From: an uncultured Acidobacteriota bacterium
Lineage (GTDB): Bacteria; Acidobacteriota; Vicinamibacteria; Fen-336
NCBI GenBank assembly: GCA_963720545.1
Contig: OY970399.1
Span: 3,648,001-3,712,000 of the forward strand
DNA: 64,000 nucleotides
Direction of reading: 5' to 3'
This document shows, piece by piece, positions 45,740 to 56,208 of this stretch. The notes under the pieces are model-generated. The model saw nothing but the letters and a program-made list of their open reading frames with translations, did no database searches and had not been told where the DNA came from. The first letter of the stretch is position 1; every line of letters starts with the position of its first letter. A program made the position numbers and the translations under genes.

Positions 45740-47178
45740 CAGGCCGCGCCCCTTGCGAGCGCGTGCTCGCGGACCAGGTCGAAGGCGCGGCGCACGTGGC
45801 GCTCCTCGGTGCGAATGTTGCCGATGGCGAGCCGCAGGGTCGAGCGGCCATGCAGCTTCGTGTGCGAGAGGTACGCCTCGCCGGAAGCGTTGACCGCATC
45901 CATCACCGCCTCGAGGCGTGCGTCCGCATCGGCGTCCGGCACGCCGGGGAAGCGGATGCGGAAGCAGACGTTCGAGAACTGCGCCGGAGCGTTCACCGCG
46001 AAGAGGGGATCGGCCTCGAGCCAGCCGCGCAACAGCGCAGCGAGGCGGATGTGCTCGCGGATGCGCGCCGCGATGCCGTCGCTGCCGAAGGCGCGCAGCA
46101 CGAACCAGAGCTTCAGCGCGCGGAAGCGGCGTCCGAGGCTGACGCCGTAGTCCATGAGGTTGGGCGCCGCGTCCTCTTCCGCGGTCCGCAGGTACTCGGG
46201 CACCAGGCTGAAGGCGTCGCGCACCACCTCGGGCCGGCGGGTGTAGAGCACCGACAGGTCCATGGTCACGAACATCCACTTGTGCGGGTTGACGACGATG
46301 GAATCGGCGCGCTCCCAGCCGGCGAACAGGTGCCGCATCTCGGGCAGCACGGCCGCCGAGCCGCCGTACGCCGCGTCCACGTGCAACCAGAGCCGCTCGC
46401 GGTCGCAGATGTCGGCGATGGCGGCGACCGGGTCGACGCTGGTCGTGGAGGTCGTGCCCACCGTGGCGACCACCGCGAACGGCGTCACGCCGGCGGCACG
46501 GTCTTCCGCGATCGCGGCCGCAAGGGCTTCGGGCCGCATCGCGAACTGCTCATCGGTTTCGATCGCGCGGCATCCGTCCTGGCCGATGCCGAGCACGATG
46601 CCGGCCTTCTCGATCGACGAGTGCGCCTGCTCAGAGGCGTAGAGGCGCAACCGCGCCTGGCCGACCAGGCCGCGCTTGCGCGCCTCGAGGCCGGGCACCG
46701 CTTCACGAGCCGCCGCTATCGCGACCAGCGTCGAAGCCGAGGCTGTGTCCTGGATGACGCCGAAGAGGCCTTCGGGCAGACCCAGCATTTCCCGCAGCCA
46801 GCCGAGCACCACCAGCTCGAGCTCGGTCGCGGCGGGCGAGGTCTTCCACAGCATGCCGTTCGGGTTGAGCGCGGCGGTGAGCAGCTCGCCGAGGATCGCC
46901 GGCGCCGGCGACGAGTTTGCGAAATAGGCGAAAAAGCCCGGATGGTTCCAGTGGGTGATGCCTGGGACGATGATGTTCTCGAAATCGTCGAGCAGCGCGG
47001 CCAGCGGCTCGCCTTCGGCAGGCGCATGTCGCGGCAATGCCCGCGCGACGTCACCCGGCCGGGCGCGCGAGAGCACCGCGAAGCGCTCGGGTTCGCGCAG
47101 GAAATCGGCGGTCCAGGCGAGGGCACGGCGCGCGGCGCCCTCGAACTCGTCGATCGCGACGTCGCCTGTGCCGGCCAT
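45739..47178 (-). CDS. PLP-dependent aromatic-L-amino-acid decarboxylase family
   Basis: [35 protein letters not shown] and RRFRALKLW motifs. Confidence 0.93.
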   Translation of the reverse strand: MAGTGDVAIDEFEGAARRALAWTADFLREPERFAVLSRARPGDVARALPRHAPAEGEPLAALLDDFENIIVPGITHWNHPGFFAYFANSSPAPAILGELLTAALNPNGMLWKTSPAATELELVVLGWLREMLGLPEGLFGVIQDTASASTLVAIAAAREAVPGLEARKRGLVGQARLRLYASEQAHSSIEKAGIVLGIGQDGCRAIETDEQFAMRPEALAAAIAEDRAAGVTPFAVVATVGTTSTTSVDPVAAIADICDRERLWLHVDAAYGGSAAVLPEMRHLFAGWERADSIVVNPHKWMFVTMDLSVLYTRRPEVVRDAFSLVPEYLRTAEEDAAPNLMDYGVSLGRRFRALKLWFVLRAFGSDGIAARIREHIRLAALLRGWLEADPLFAVNAPAQFSNVCFRIRFPGVPDADADARLEAVMDAVNASGEAYLSHTKLHGRSTLRLAIGNIRTEERHVRRAFDLVREHALARGAA

Positions 47179-47282
47179 GCCGCATTCTCTCATTCCCCGC
47201 GCCACTGGCCGCTATTGTGGCGTTCCGCCGCGCTTTGGAGTGCAGTATGCTGGAGTGATAAATCTTCTTTGGAGGAAGATCG

Positions 47283-47618
47283 ATGTTTGAAGACGAGTTC
47301 CTCGCCATGCCCAGCACGGACGATGACGACGACGAGTGGACGGACGAGGACGAGGTCAGCGACGAACTGGCCGACGATACCGACGAACTGGCCGAAGACC
47401 TTGACGACGACGATGACGACGACGAGGACTCCGAAGACGACGACGAATTCGACGACGACGACGACCTCGACGAAGACGAGGATGACGACGACGACGAGGA
47501 CGATGATGACGACGATGACGACGATGACGATGAGGAAGACGCCGCCTGGGACGAGATCGAGGGCGACGAGGACGACGACGACGAGGAGACCGACGAGGAC
47601 GAGGAGGAAGAAGAGTAG
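47283..47618 (+). CDS. Hyper-acidic low-complexity protein
   Basis: RBS GGAGGA; 83 of 111 residues are D/E with no K/R/H; ends 5 nt before lipA. Confidence 0.75.
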   Translation: MFEDEFLAMPSTDDDDDEWTDEDEVSDELADDTDELAEDLDDDDDDDEDSEDDDEFDDDDDLDEDEDDDDDEDDDDDDDDDDDEEDAAWDEIEGDEDDDDEETDEDEEEEE

Positions 47619-47623
47619 CCGCC

Positions 47624-48514
47624 TTGGCCTCTGACCCCGTGCCGCTCATCCGCCCCGCCTGGATCAAGGCGCGGGCGCCGATGGGCGAGAAATACGACCG
47701 CCTCACCAGCTTGATGCGCGGCCTCGACCTGCACACCGTGTGCGAGGAGGCACGCTGCCCGAACATCGGCGACTGCTGGAACCGTGGCACCGCCACCTTC
47801 ATGATCCTGGGCGACACCTGCACCCGTGCCTGCGGCTTCTGCGCGGTCAAGACCGGCATCGGCGGGCCCATCGACCCGTTCGAGGCGACCCGCGTCGCGG
47901 CGGCCGTCGCGGCCATGGGGCTGCGCCATGCGGTCATCACCTCGGTGAACCGCGACGACCAGAAGGACGGCGGCGCGCCGGTGTTCGCGGCGTGCATCGC
48001 GCAGATCCGCGAGCGCATCCCCGGCTGCACGGTCGAGGTGCTGATCCCGGACTTCAAGGGCGACGCCCGGGTTCTGGGCATCGTCCTCGACGCCCGCCCC
48101 GACATCCTCAACCACAACACCGAAACGGTGCCGCGCCTCTACCGCACGGTGCGCCCGGGGGCCCGCTTCAGCCGCTCCCTCGAACTGCTGCGCCGCGCGA
48201 AGGACGCCGGGCTCGTCACCAAGAGCGGCATCATGCTCGGCCTCGGCGAGGAGATCGAAGAAGTGCGCGAGTGCATCGCCGCGATCCGCTCGGCCGGCAC
48301 CGACATCCTCACCGTGGGGCAGTACCTGCGGCCGTCGCTCAAGCACCTGCCGCTGGTGCGCTACTACACGCCCGCGGAATTCGCCGAGATCGGCGCCTTC
48401 GCGAAGACGCTCGGCTTCAGCCACGTCGAGTCGGGACCGCTGGTGCGCTCCTCGTACCACGCCGAGGAGCAGGTGGCCGCGGCGTCTCAGCCCCTGCGCG
48501 CCACGCTCGCCTGA
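47624..48514 (+). CDS. lipA: Lipoyl synthase
   Basis: [20 protein letters not shown] and LVRSSY motifs; TTG start. Confidence 0.97.
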   Translation: MASDPVPLIRPAWIKARAPMGEKYDRLTSLMRGLDLHTVCEEARCPNIGDCWNRGTATFMILGDTCTRACGFCAVKTGIGGPIDPFEATRVAAAVAAMGLRHAVITSVNRDDQKDGGAPVFAACIAQIRERIPGCTVEVLIPDFKGDARVLGIVLDARPDILNHNTETVPRLYRTVRPGARFSRSLELLRRAKDAGLVTKSGIMLGLGEEIEEVRECIAAIRSAGTDILTVGQYLRPSLKHLPLVRYYTPAEFAEIGAFAKTLGFSHVESGPLVRSSYHAEEQVAAASQPLRATLA

Positions 48515-49647
48515 AGGCTGAGCGCGGCGTTGACCGCCGCCACCGCGTCGTCGATGTCCGCGGCAGTGGTGCCGCGTCCCAGCGAGAAGCGCACCGAGCC
48601 CTGCATGCGCGCCTGCGACAAGCCCATGGCGCGCAGCACGTGCGAGGGTTCGATTGCGCCCGCGGCGCAGGCGGCGCCGGTCGAAACCGCGACGCCGGCG
48701 AGGTCCAGAGCGAGCAGCAGGCTTTCCGCGTCTTTGCCCTGGAAAGAAATGTTGCTGGTGTTGGGCACGCGCGCGCTGCCGCCATTGCGCACTGCTCCCG
48801 GCAGCGCGAGCAACTGGCTCTCGAGGACGTCGCGCAGCGCGGCCAGGCGCCTCGCGTCTTCGTCGAGCGCTTGCGCCGCGATTTGCGCGGCCCGGCCCAT
48901 GCCGACCATCGAGGCGACGTTCTCGGTGCCGGCGCGCCGATTGCGTTCCTGGGAGCCGCCGCGCAGCAGGGCGGTCATTGCGACGCCGCGGCGCACATAG
49001 AGGATGCCGACCCCCTTCGGGCCGTAGAACTTGTGCGCGGAGAGTGCCAGCGTGTCGACGTCGAGGGCTGCCACGTCCACCCTGATCTTGCCGGCCGCCT
49101 GCACCGCATCGCAGTGCACCGCGGCGCCGGCCGCGCGCGCCAGCCGAACGATCTCGGCGACCGGCTGCACCACACCGGTCTCGTTGTTCGCCAGCATCAC
49201 GGCAACGAGCGCGGTCTGGTCGTCGATCTTGCCGCGCGCGTCGTCGAGGTCGATGACACCGTCGCCGGTGCTGCGGATGGCAGCCACCTCGAAGCCTTCT
49301 TCAGCCATCGCCTTCGCCGTGTTGAGGACCGCGTGATGCTCGAGCGTCGTGATGACGACCTTGCGCCGCGGCCCGGTGCGGGCACCGGCCGCGGCGGTCG
49401 CCAGCCCGCGCAGCGCCATGTTGTCCGCCTCGGTGCCGCTGCCCGTGAAGACCACCTCCGAATTGGCGGCGCCGATGAGCGCCGCGACGCCGCTGCGCGC
49501 CTCTTCCACGGCGGCGCGCGCGCCCTGTCCGAACCAGTGCAGGCTCGACGGGTTGCCGAAGCCGTCCTGCAGCGGCCCAAGCATCGCCGCCACCACCGAT
49601 GGATCGACTGGAGTCGTCGCGTTGTGGTCGAGGTAGATCCGCCGCAT
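48487..49647 (-). CDS. iscS: Cysteine desulfurase (IscS/NifS family)
   Basis: [25 protein letters not shown] and STGAAC motifs. Confidence 0.94.
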   Translation of the reverse strand: MRRIYLDHNATTPVDPSVVAAMLGPLQDGFGNPSSLHWFGQGARAAVEEARSGVAALIGAANSEVVFTGSGTEADNMALRGLATAAAGARTGPRRKVVITTLEHHAVLNTAKAMAEEGFEVAAIRSTGDGVIDLDDARGKIDDQTALVAVMLANNETGVVQPVAEIVRLARAAGAAVHCDAVQAAGKIRVDVAALDVDTLALSAHKFYGPKGVGILYVRRGVAMTALLRGGSQERNRRAGTENVASMVGMGRAAQIAAQALDEDARRLAALRDVLESQLLALPGAVRNGGSARVPNTSNISFQGKDAESLLLALDLAGVAVSTGAACAAGAIEPSHVLRAMGLSQARMQGSVRFSLGRGTTAADIDDAVAAVNAALSLQASVARRG

Positions 49648-49738
49648 GCCACGATTGTACGGCGGCGACGGCGCTAAACCACTGAATCCCGCGTGGTAAG
49701 ATCCTGCCCGCTGCGAATGGAACGAAGCGAGAAACTCC

Positions 49739-50920
49739 TTGGTTGAGGCCGTCATCGCCGGGGCCGTGCGAACGCCAATCGGCCGGTTCGGAGGCGGCCT
49801 CGCCAGCCTTTCGGCCGCCGATCTCGGCACCGCCGCAGCGGTCGAGTCGATGCGCCGGGCCGGCATCGCGCCCACCGACGTGGACGAGGCTGTTGTCGGC
49901 TGCGCGCGCCAGGCAGGGGGCGGGCCCAATGTCGGGCGCCAGGTCGCGTTTCGCGCCGGGCTGCCCGAAGACCGGCCGGCTTTCACCGTCAACATGGCTT
50001 GCGGCTCGGGCCTGAAGTCGATAGACCTTGCGTTTCGCAGCGTCCGCGACGGCGATTCCCAGGCGGTCCTGGTCGGCGGTACGGAGGCGATGAGCCGCGT
50101 GCCCTACCTGCTCACCGGCGCTCGTTGGGGCTATCGCATGGGTAACCAGTCGGCGGTTGACGCCATGTACCAGGACGGCTTCCTCTGTCCTCTCGCCGAG
50201 ATGATCATGGGCGAAACCGCCGAGCGGCTCGCCGAGCTGCACACAATCGGCCGTGAAGAGCAGGATGCGTTCGCGCTTTCCAGCCAGCGCAAGGCCGCTG
50301 CTGCGATCGCGGCCGGCCGCTTCGAAGCCGAGACCTTCGCGGTGAAGGTGCCGGGGAGGAAGGGCGAGGTTTCGTTCGAGGCCGATGAGCATCCGCGCGC
50401 CGACACCACGGCCGCCGCCCTCGCCAAACTGGCGCCGGTGTTCAAGGCCGAAGGCGGCACGGTCACGGCCGGCAACTCCGCGGGCATCACCGACGGCGCC
50501 GCGGCCATGGTGGTGCTTTCTGCCGCGCGCGCGAAAGAGCTGGGCATCAAGCCGATCGCGCGCATCCTCGGCATCGCCGCGTCCGGCGTCGATCCGAAGA
50601 TCATGGGCTTCGGCGTGGTACCGGCGGTGCGCAAGCTGCTGGCGAAGCTCGGCATGACGCTCGCGAACTTCGACCTGGTCGAGGTCAACGAGGCGTTCGC
50701 CGCGCAGGTGCTCGCCTGCGACCGCGACCTCGGCTTCGACGCGGAGCGCCTCAACGTCAACGGCGGCGCCATCGCCATCGGCCATCCGATCGGTTGCACC
50801 GGCGTGCGCATCAGCGTCACCTTGCTCCATGAGATGGCGCGCCGCCAGGCGCCGCTCGGACTCGCGACCCTGTGCATCAGCGGCGGCATGGGGCTCGCCG
50901 CCGCCTACGAACTGATTTAA
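49739..50920 (+). CDS. Acetyl-CoA C-acyltransferase (thiolase)
   Basis: NMACGSG, NEAFA, GHPIG and LCISGG motifs. Confidence 0.96.
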   Translation: MVEAVIAGAVRTPIGRFGGGLASLSAADLGTAAAVESMRRAGIAPTDVDEAVVGCARQAGGGPNVGRQVAFRAGLPEDRPAFTVNMACGSGLKSIDLAFRSVRDGDSQAVLVGGTEAMSRVPYLLTGARWGYRMGNQSAVDAMYQDGFLCPLAEMIMGETAERLAELHTIGREEQDAFALSSQRKAAAAIAAGRFEAETFAVKVPGRKGEVSFEADEHPRADTTAAALAKLAPVFKAEGGTVTAGNSAGITDGAAAMVVLSAARAKELGIKPIARILGIAASGVDPKIMGFGVVPAVRKLLAKLGMTLANFDLVEVNEAFAAQVLACDRDLGFDAERLNVNGGAIAIGHPIGCTGVRISVTLLHEMARRQAPLGLATLCISGGMGLAAAYELI

Positions 50921-50938
50921 GGAAAGAAAACCATCGCC

Positions 50939-52145
50939 ATGATCGATTTCGAACTCTCCGAAGAGCACGTCGCCGTCGAGAACACGGTGCGCGAATGGGC
51001 GGCAAAAGAAGTCGCGCCGAAGATCCACGACCTCGACCGCGAGCACCGCTTCGAGAAGAAATTCCTGAAGGACATGGCGGCGATGCACCTGCTCGGCATC
51101 TGCATCCCGGAAGAGTACGGCGGCGCCGGCCTCGACTACCTGAGCCTCGGCATCGTCTCCGAAGAGCTCGAATATGCCGACACGCACCTGCGCGTCATCA
51201 TGTCGGTGCACGTGGGCCTCAACTGCATGACGCTCTGGTGCTGGGGCACCGAGGAGCAGAAGCAGAAGTACCTGGTGCCGCAGGCGAAGGGCGAGAAGAT
51301 CGCGACCTACGGCCTCACCGAGCCGAACGCGGGCTCGGATGCCGTCGGCATCCAGTCGACCGCGGTGAAGAAGGGCGACCGCTACATCCTGAACGGCGAG
51401 AAGATCTGGATCAGCCTGGCCGACGTCGCCGACAACTTCCTGGTGATCGCCTGGACCGACCAGGAGAAGAAGAAGAACCGCGACCACAGCGGCCTGTCGG
51501 CCTTCATCGTCGAGCGTGCCTTCAAGGGCTTCAGCTCCTACACGATGAAGGAGAAGTGGGGGATCCTTGCCGGCAACACCGGCGGGCTTCTCGATGCAGG
51601 ACGTGGAGGTGCCCGAGGCGAACCGCGTCGGCGCCGAGGGTGAAGGCTTCAAGGTGGCAATGTTCGCGCTCGAAAACGGCCGCTACACGGTGGCCGCCGG
51701 AGCCACCGGCCTGATCCGCGCCTGCCTCGACGCTTCGCTCAGCTACGCGAAGAGCCGCAAGACCTTCGGCGTGCCGATCGGCGACCACCAGCTGGTGAAG
51801 GAGATGATCGCGCAGATGGTCTCCGACTACGACGCCTCACGGCTCCTGTGGCAGCGCGCCGGCTGGCTCAAGAACATGGGCCGGCGCAACACCCGCGAGA
51901 CCTCTCTCGCCAAGTGGTTTTCCACCGTGGCCTCGGAGCGCGCCGCGTCCGACTGCGTGCAGATCCACGGCGGCAACGGCTACTCGGACGAGTATCCGGC
52001 CGGCCGCTTCTACCGCAACTGCAAGGCAGCGGTGATCTACGAAGGCACGCGCGAGATCCACAAGCTGATGCAGGCCGACTACGCCCTCGGCAATCGCCAG
52101 GACAAGCCGCGCCGCGTCGAGCTGCCGGCCTACAAGCGCAGCTAG
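50939..52145 (+). CDS. Acyl-CoA dehydrogenase, frameshift at ~51585
   Basis: [24 protein letters not shown] and IYEGT motifs split over two frames. Confidence 0.93.
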
Positions 52146-52168
52146 CGCGAAACAGTCAGGGAGAGAAA

Positions 52169-53138
52169 ATGCACCGACACGACCTGCCGCTCGAGTTCGT
52201 CCGCGTCGTCGAGCGGGCCGCCGTCGCATTCCGCCCGCACCATGGGCCAGGGCGACCGCAAGTATTCCGACCAGGTGGCTGTCGAGGCCATGCGCTCGGA
52301 GATGGAGAGCCTCGACATCGACGGCACCATCGTCATCGGCGAGGGCGAGCGCGACGAGGCGCCGATGCTCTACATCGGCGAGAAGGTGGGGAAGGGCGGC
52401 GAGGCCGGTGGACATCGCCGTCGACCCGCTCGAGGGCACGAACCTGTGCGCCACCGGCGCCGGCAACGCGATCGCCGTGCTGGCCGCGGCCGAAAAGGGC
52501 GGCCTCCTGAACGCCCCCGACATCTACATGGACAAGCTGGTCGTCGGTCCGTCGTCGAAGGGCAAGGTGGACATCAACGCGCCCGTCGAGGACAACCTCA
52601 AGGCCATCGCGAAGGCGCTTGAACCGCGAAGTCCACGACCTCACCGTCGTGGTCCTCGACCGGCCGCGCCACGAGCGGCTCATCGCCGACATCCGCAAGG
52701 CCGGTTCGCGCATCCGCCTCATCGGCGACGGCGATCTCTCGGCCGGCATCACCGCCGCGGTCGCGGGCACCGGGATCGCACGCCGTGATGGGCATCGGCG
52801 GCGCGCCGGAAGGCGTGCTCACGGCGGCAGCGATGCGCTGCCTCAACGGCGAGATCCAGGCGAAGCTGGTGCTCACCAAGCCCTCCGATCGCGAGCGCCT
52901 TGCGAAAATGGGGATCAACGACCTCGACCGGGTCTACGGCACCGACGACCTGGCGCCGGGCAAAAACGTCATCTTCGCTGCTGCCGGCGTCACAGACGGC
53001 ACCCTGCTTCGAGGCGTAAGGTTCTTCGGAGACGGTATCCGTACACATGTATTAGTAATGACCACGATCCCGCACCAGATCCGTTTCATTGACACGATCC
53101 ATGCGAAGGACGGCCCGGACATCAAGATCCGGTTCTGA
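52169..53138 (+). CDS. glpX: Class II fructose-1,6-bisphosphatase, four frameshifts
   Basis: [31 protein letters not shown] and GGAPEGV motifs. Shifts at ~52230, ~52407, ~52618 and ~52778. Confidence 0.92.
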
Positions 53139-53217
53139 AGAGCCTCGGAGTTGTGGGTTTACCCAATCCGGACGGTGAGTTAGCGCACACAGGGTGAGTG
53201 TCTTGTTGATGGGATCC

Positions 53218-53246
53218 TTGACAAGCTTTCATATGCTTGTTAGCTT
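53218..53246 (+). promoter_or_regulatory. Sigma70 promoter of the pilM operon
   Basis: TTGACA-N17-TAGCTT with TG extended -10, in an AT-rich intergenic stretch. Confidence 0.75.
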
Positions 53247-53295
53247 CACGCGACACTTTAACTTTGCGTTGTAACTAGTCGTCGAACCAATAGGG

Positions 53296-54356
53296 GTGGC
53301 CGTGGCTCTGTTCGGGAAAAAGAAGGGCCTCGTGGGTGTGGACATCGGCTCATCGGCCATCAAGGCCGTGGAGCTGCGAGGCGGTGGCAAAGGTGACTAC
53401 CAACTCGTCAGTGTTGGGCTCGAGACCCTGCCCCCCGAAGCGATCGTCGACGGCGCCATCATGGATCCGGCGCCGTGGTGGACGGCGTCCAGCGCCTCTT
53501 CACGAGCGCGCGCAGATCCAGCACGGCGGTCGCGACCGGCGTCTCCGGCAGCGCGGTCATCGTCAAGAAGATCAGCCTGCCCTCGATGAGCGGCGAGGAA
53601 CTCGCCGAGTCGATCCACTGGGAGGCCGAGCAGTACATCCCCTTCGACATCCAGGACGTTGCCCTCGACTACGAGGTGGTCGGCGAGAGCATCGCCGGCG
53701 GCAACATGGACGTCCTGCTGGTGGCGGCCAAGAAGGACAAGATCGGCGAGTACACGTCGGCCCTCAACCAGGCGGGCAAGAACCCGCAGATCGTGGACGT
53801 GGACGTGTTCGCCTTGCAGAACTGCTACGAGGTGAACTACGGGATCGACGCCGGCCGGGTGGTGGCGCTCCTCAACGTCGGCGCCTCGACCATGAACATC
53901 AACATGCTGAAGGGCGGCACTGTCGGTGTTCACCCGCGACATCGCGATCGGCGGCAACACAGTGACCGACGCCATACAGAAGGAGCTGCACGTCACGCAT
54001 CGACCAGGCCGAGAGCTGGAAGCGCGGCGGCATGCAGGCTCCCGACACGCTGAACGGCGTCATCCAGCACATCTCCGACAACCTCGCCACCGAGATCCAG
54101 AAGACCTTCGACTTCTTCAAGGCGACGACCTCCGAGGACCATATCGACGCGGTCTACATCGCGGGCGGCGCTTCCAAGGCGCCCGGCCTGCGCGGCCTGC
54201 TGTCGGATCGGCTCGAGACGAGTGTCGAGGCGCTCAACCCCTTCAACAACATCATCGTACAGCACCAAGGAGTTCGACCCCGCGCTTCTCAACGACCTGG
54301 CGCCTTCGGTCGCGATAGCGGTGGGCCTGGCTCTGCGTAAGGTGGGCGACCGATGA
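53296..54356 (+). CDS. pilM: Type IV pilus assembly protein PilM, four frameshifts
   Basis: VGVDIGSSAIK, EAEQYIPF, LNVGAS, GG and AVGLALR motifs. Shifts at ~53470, ~53920, ~54000 and ~54257. Confidence 0.93.
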
Positions 54357-55018
54357 TTCGCATCAACCTGCTGGCCACCGAGAAACGGGTCGAGAAGGCT
54401 GCCGAAGCCGCCGCCGCCGCTTCCGCCGCCCCCTCCGGGCCGGGCGTCTCGCCTCTTTATCTAATGCTTGGCGCCGCTGCCCTCGTCGGGCTGCTCACCG
54501 CCGGCGCCCTCTACCTCTGGCAGCAGAGCCGGATCAAGGCGATCGATGCCGAGATCACGACGCTCAAGGCCGAGGAAACCAAGCTCCAGGCGGTGAAGGC
54601 CCAGGTCGAGGCGTTCGAGCAGAAGAAAAAGACGCTGAGCGACAAGGTCACCCTGATCGAGCGGCTCAAGGCCGAGCAGACGAGCCCCGTCCACCTCCTC
54701 GACGAGATCTCGAAGGCGCTGCCCGACCTCGTCTGGCTCACCAACCTCGACCAGACCGGCGCCGACGTCAAGCTGACCGGCGAGAGCAGCAGCTTCACTT
54801 CGGTCGCCGACTTCATCACCAACCTGCAGCGTTCCGGCTGGTTCTCGTCCGTCGAACTGGTGTCGAGCGACCAGCAGGACGCGCGCGCGGGCGGCACCCA
54901 GCAGGTGCCCATCGTGAAGTTCGTGCTGCGCGCCCCGTTCCTGAATCCCGAGGTGGCGGCCAAGACGCCCCCGGAACCCAGCCCGTCGCCCGCGGCCCGC
55001 GGCGCGAGAAAGTCCTGA
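54353..55018 (+). CDS. pilN: Type IV pilus assembly protein PilN
   Basis: MIRINLL motif, TM segment, coiled coil and P..VWL motif. Confidence 0.94.
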   Translation: MIRINLLATEKRVEKAAEAAAAASAAPSGPGVSPLYLMLGAAALVGLLTAGALYLWQQSRIKAIDAEITTLKAEETKLQAVKAQVEAFEQKKKTLSDKVTLIERLKAEQTSPVHLLDEISKALPDLVWLTNLDQTGADVKLTGESSSFTSVADFITNLQRSGWFSSVELVSSDQQDARAGGTQQVPIVKFVLRAPFLNPEVAAKTPPEPSPSPAARGARKS

Positions 55019-55030
55019 GGCACGAACATC

Positions 55031-55675
55031 ATGGCTGACGGCACTCCCTCCACCATGGGCCGGTCGCTGGTTTACGCACTGCTCGTGTTCATGGCGATCC
55101 TGGGCCTCTTCTACTTCTTCTCCTACTCTTCGAGCGCCGAAGAGATCGCTGCCAAGACCGCAACCCGCGACTCGCTGTCGCGCAGCGTCCAGGGACTGCG
55201 CATCACCGCTGCCAAGCTGCCCGAGTTCACCCGAGAAGTCTCGGTGCTCGAATCGAAGCTCGAGGCGCTGAAGCAGATCCTGCCGCCGCAGAAGGAGACC
55301 GCCGACCTGATGCGCAAGGTGCAGTCGATCGCGGCGCAGGCGAACCTTGGCATCCGCAAGTTCACGCCGGCCGCGACCGTGAGCAAGGACTTCTACCAGG
55401 AGTGGCCCATCAACATGGAGGTTGACGGCGCGTACCACAACCTCGGCGTGTTCTTCGACCGGGTGCGGACGCTGTCGCGCCTCGTGAACTTCGGCAACCT
55501 GAAGCTTGCGGCGCGCACGAACCGCCCGGGAACCGGCAACCTGTCGCGCACCATCAGCGCGTCGTGCGTGGCCACCACCTACGTCTACGTGGACAACCCG
55601 ACGACGCCGCCCGCCGCAGCAGGGGGCAAGGCCACGCGCCGTCCCGCGCCGCCGGCTACGGGGGGTGCGAAGTGA
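55031..55675 (+). CDS. pilO: Type IV pilus assembly protein PilO
   Basis: TM segment; LP..KE, FY.E.PI and G.YH.LG.FF..L.RLVN motifs. Confidence 0.94.
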   Translation: MADGTPSTMGRSLVYALLVFMAILGLFYFFSYSSSAEEIAAKTATRDSLSRSVQGLRITAAKLPEFTREVSVLESKLEALKQILPPQKETADLMRKVQSIAAQANLGIRKFTPAATVSKDFYQEWPINMEVDGAYHNLGVFFDRVRTLSRLVNFGNLKLAARTNRPGTGNLSRTISASCVATTYVYVDNPTTPPAAAGGKATRRPAPPATGGAK

Positions 55676-56208
55676 AGAAGATGCAGTTCCTCCCGATCGG
55701 ACTGGGCGCAGCCGCGCTGGTCCTGTTCGCCCCGGCAGCCGGGTTGGCGCAGGAAATGCCGGAGCAAGGTGAAGTGGTCGCGCCGGCGACCGGCGACACT
55801 GTGCAAGAGCCCGTGGCGCCGCCGCTCGACATGAGCCTCCTGCCGGTGCCCGAAGGTGGGCTCATCTACAGCTCACAGGGCCGTCGCGACCCGTTCATCA
55901 GCCTGGTCCGCCCGGTGGGTCCGGTGAACTCAACCGGCGCGCGCAAGCCCGGCATCGAGGGCTTCCAGGTCGCAGAAGTGGCCCTTAGAGGCGTCGTCCG
56001 CAGCGGCAGGGAATTCATCGCGCTGCTCCAGGCGCCTGACAACAGGACGTATTTCGCAAGAGTAGGCCAGCGCCTGCACGACGCGAGGCTGGTGGCGATC
56101 GACGCAACGACAGCAACTTTCCGGCAACAGATCGACGATCCCCTGGCGTCGGCGCGAAGCCGCGATATCACGAAGAGCTTGTATCCGTCCGAGGAGGCCC
56201 GTCAATGA
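55672..56208 (+). CDS. pilP: PilP-like protein
   Basis: Y...GRRDPF and LRGVV..ALL..PD motifs; lies between pilO and pilQ. Confidence 0.85.
   Translation: MKKMQFLPIGLGAAALVLFAPAAGLAQEMPEQGEVVAPATGDTVQEPVAPPLDMSLLPVPEGGLIYSSQGRRDPFISLVRPVGPVNSTGARKPGIEGFQVAEVALRGVVRSGREFIALLQAPDNRTYFARVGQRLHDARLVAIDATTATFRQQIDDPLASARSRDITKSLYPSEEARQ

Noticed and set aside
47051..48460. Poly-Ser (minus strand) and poly-Thr (plus strand) ORFs over the GAC repeats
   Set aside because: Alternative frames of the acidic ORF; only the Asp/Glu frame has an RBS and fits the gap.
52169..54356. glpX and pilM as true pseudogenes or programmed frameshifts
   Set aside because: No slippery motifs, joined fragments keep their motifs, pilNOPQ are intact, and the same indel pattern affects accC.
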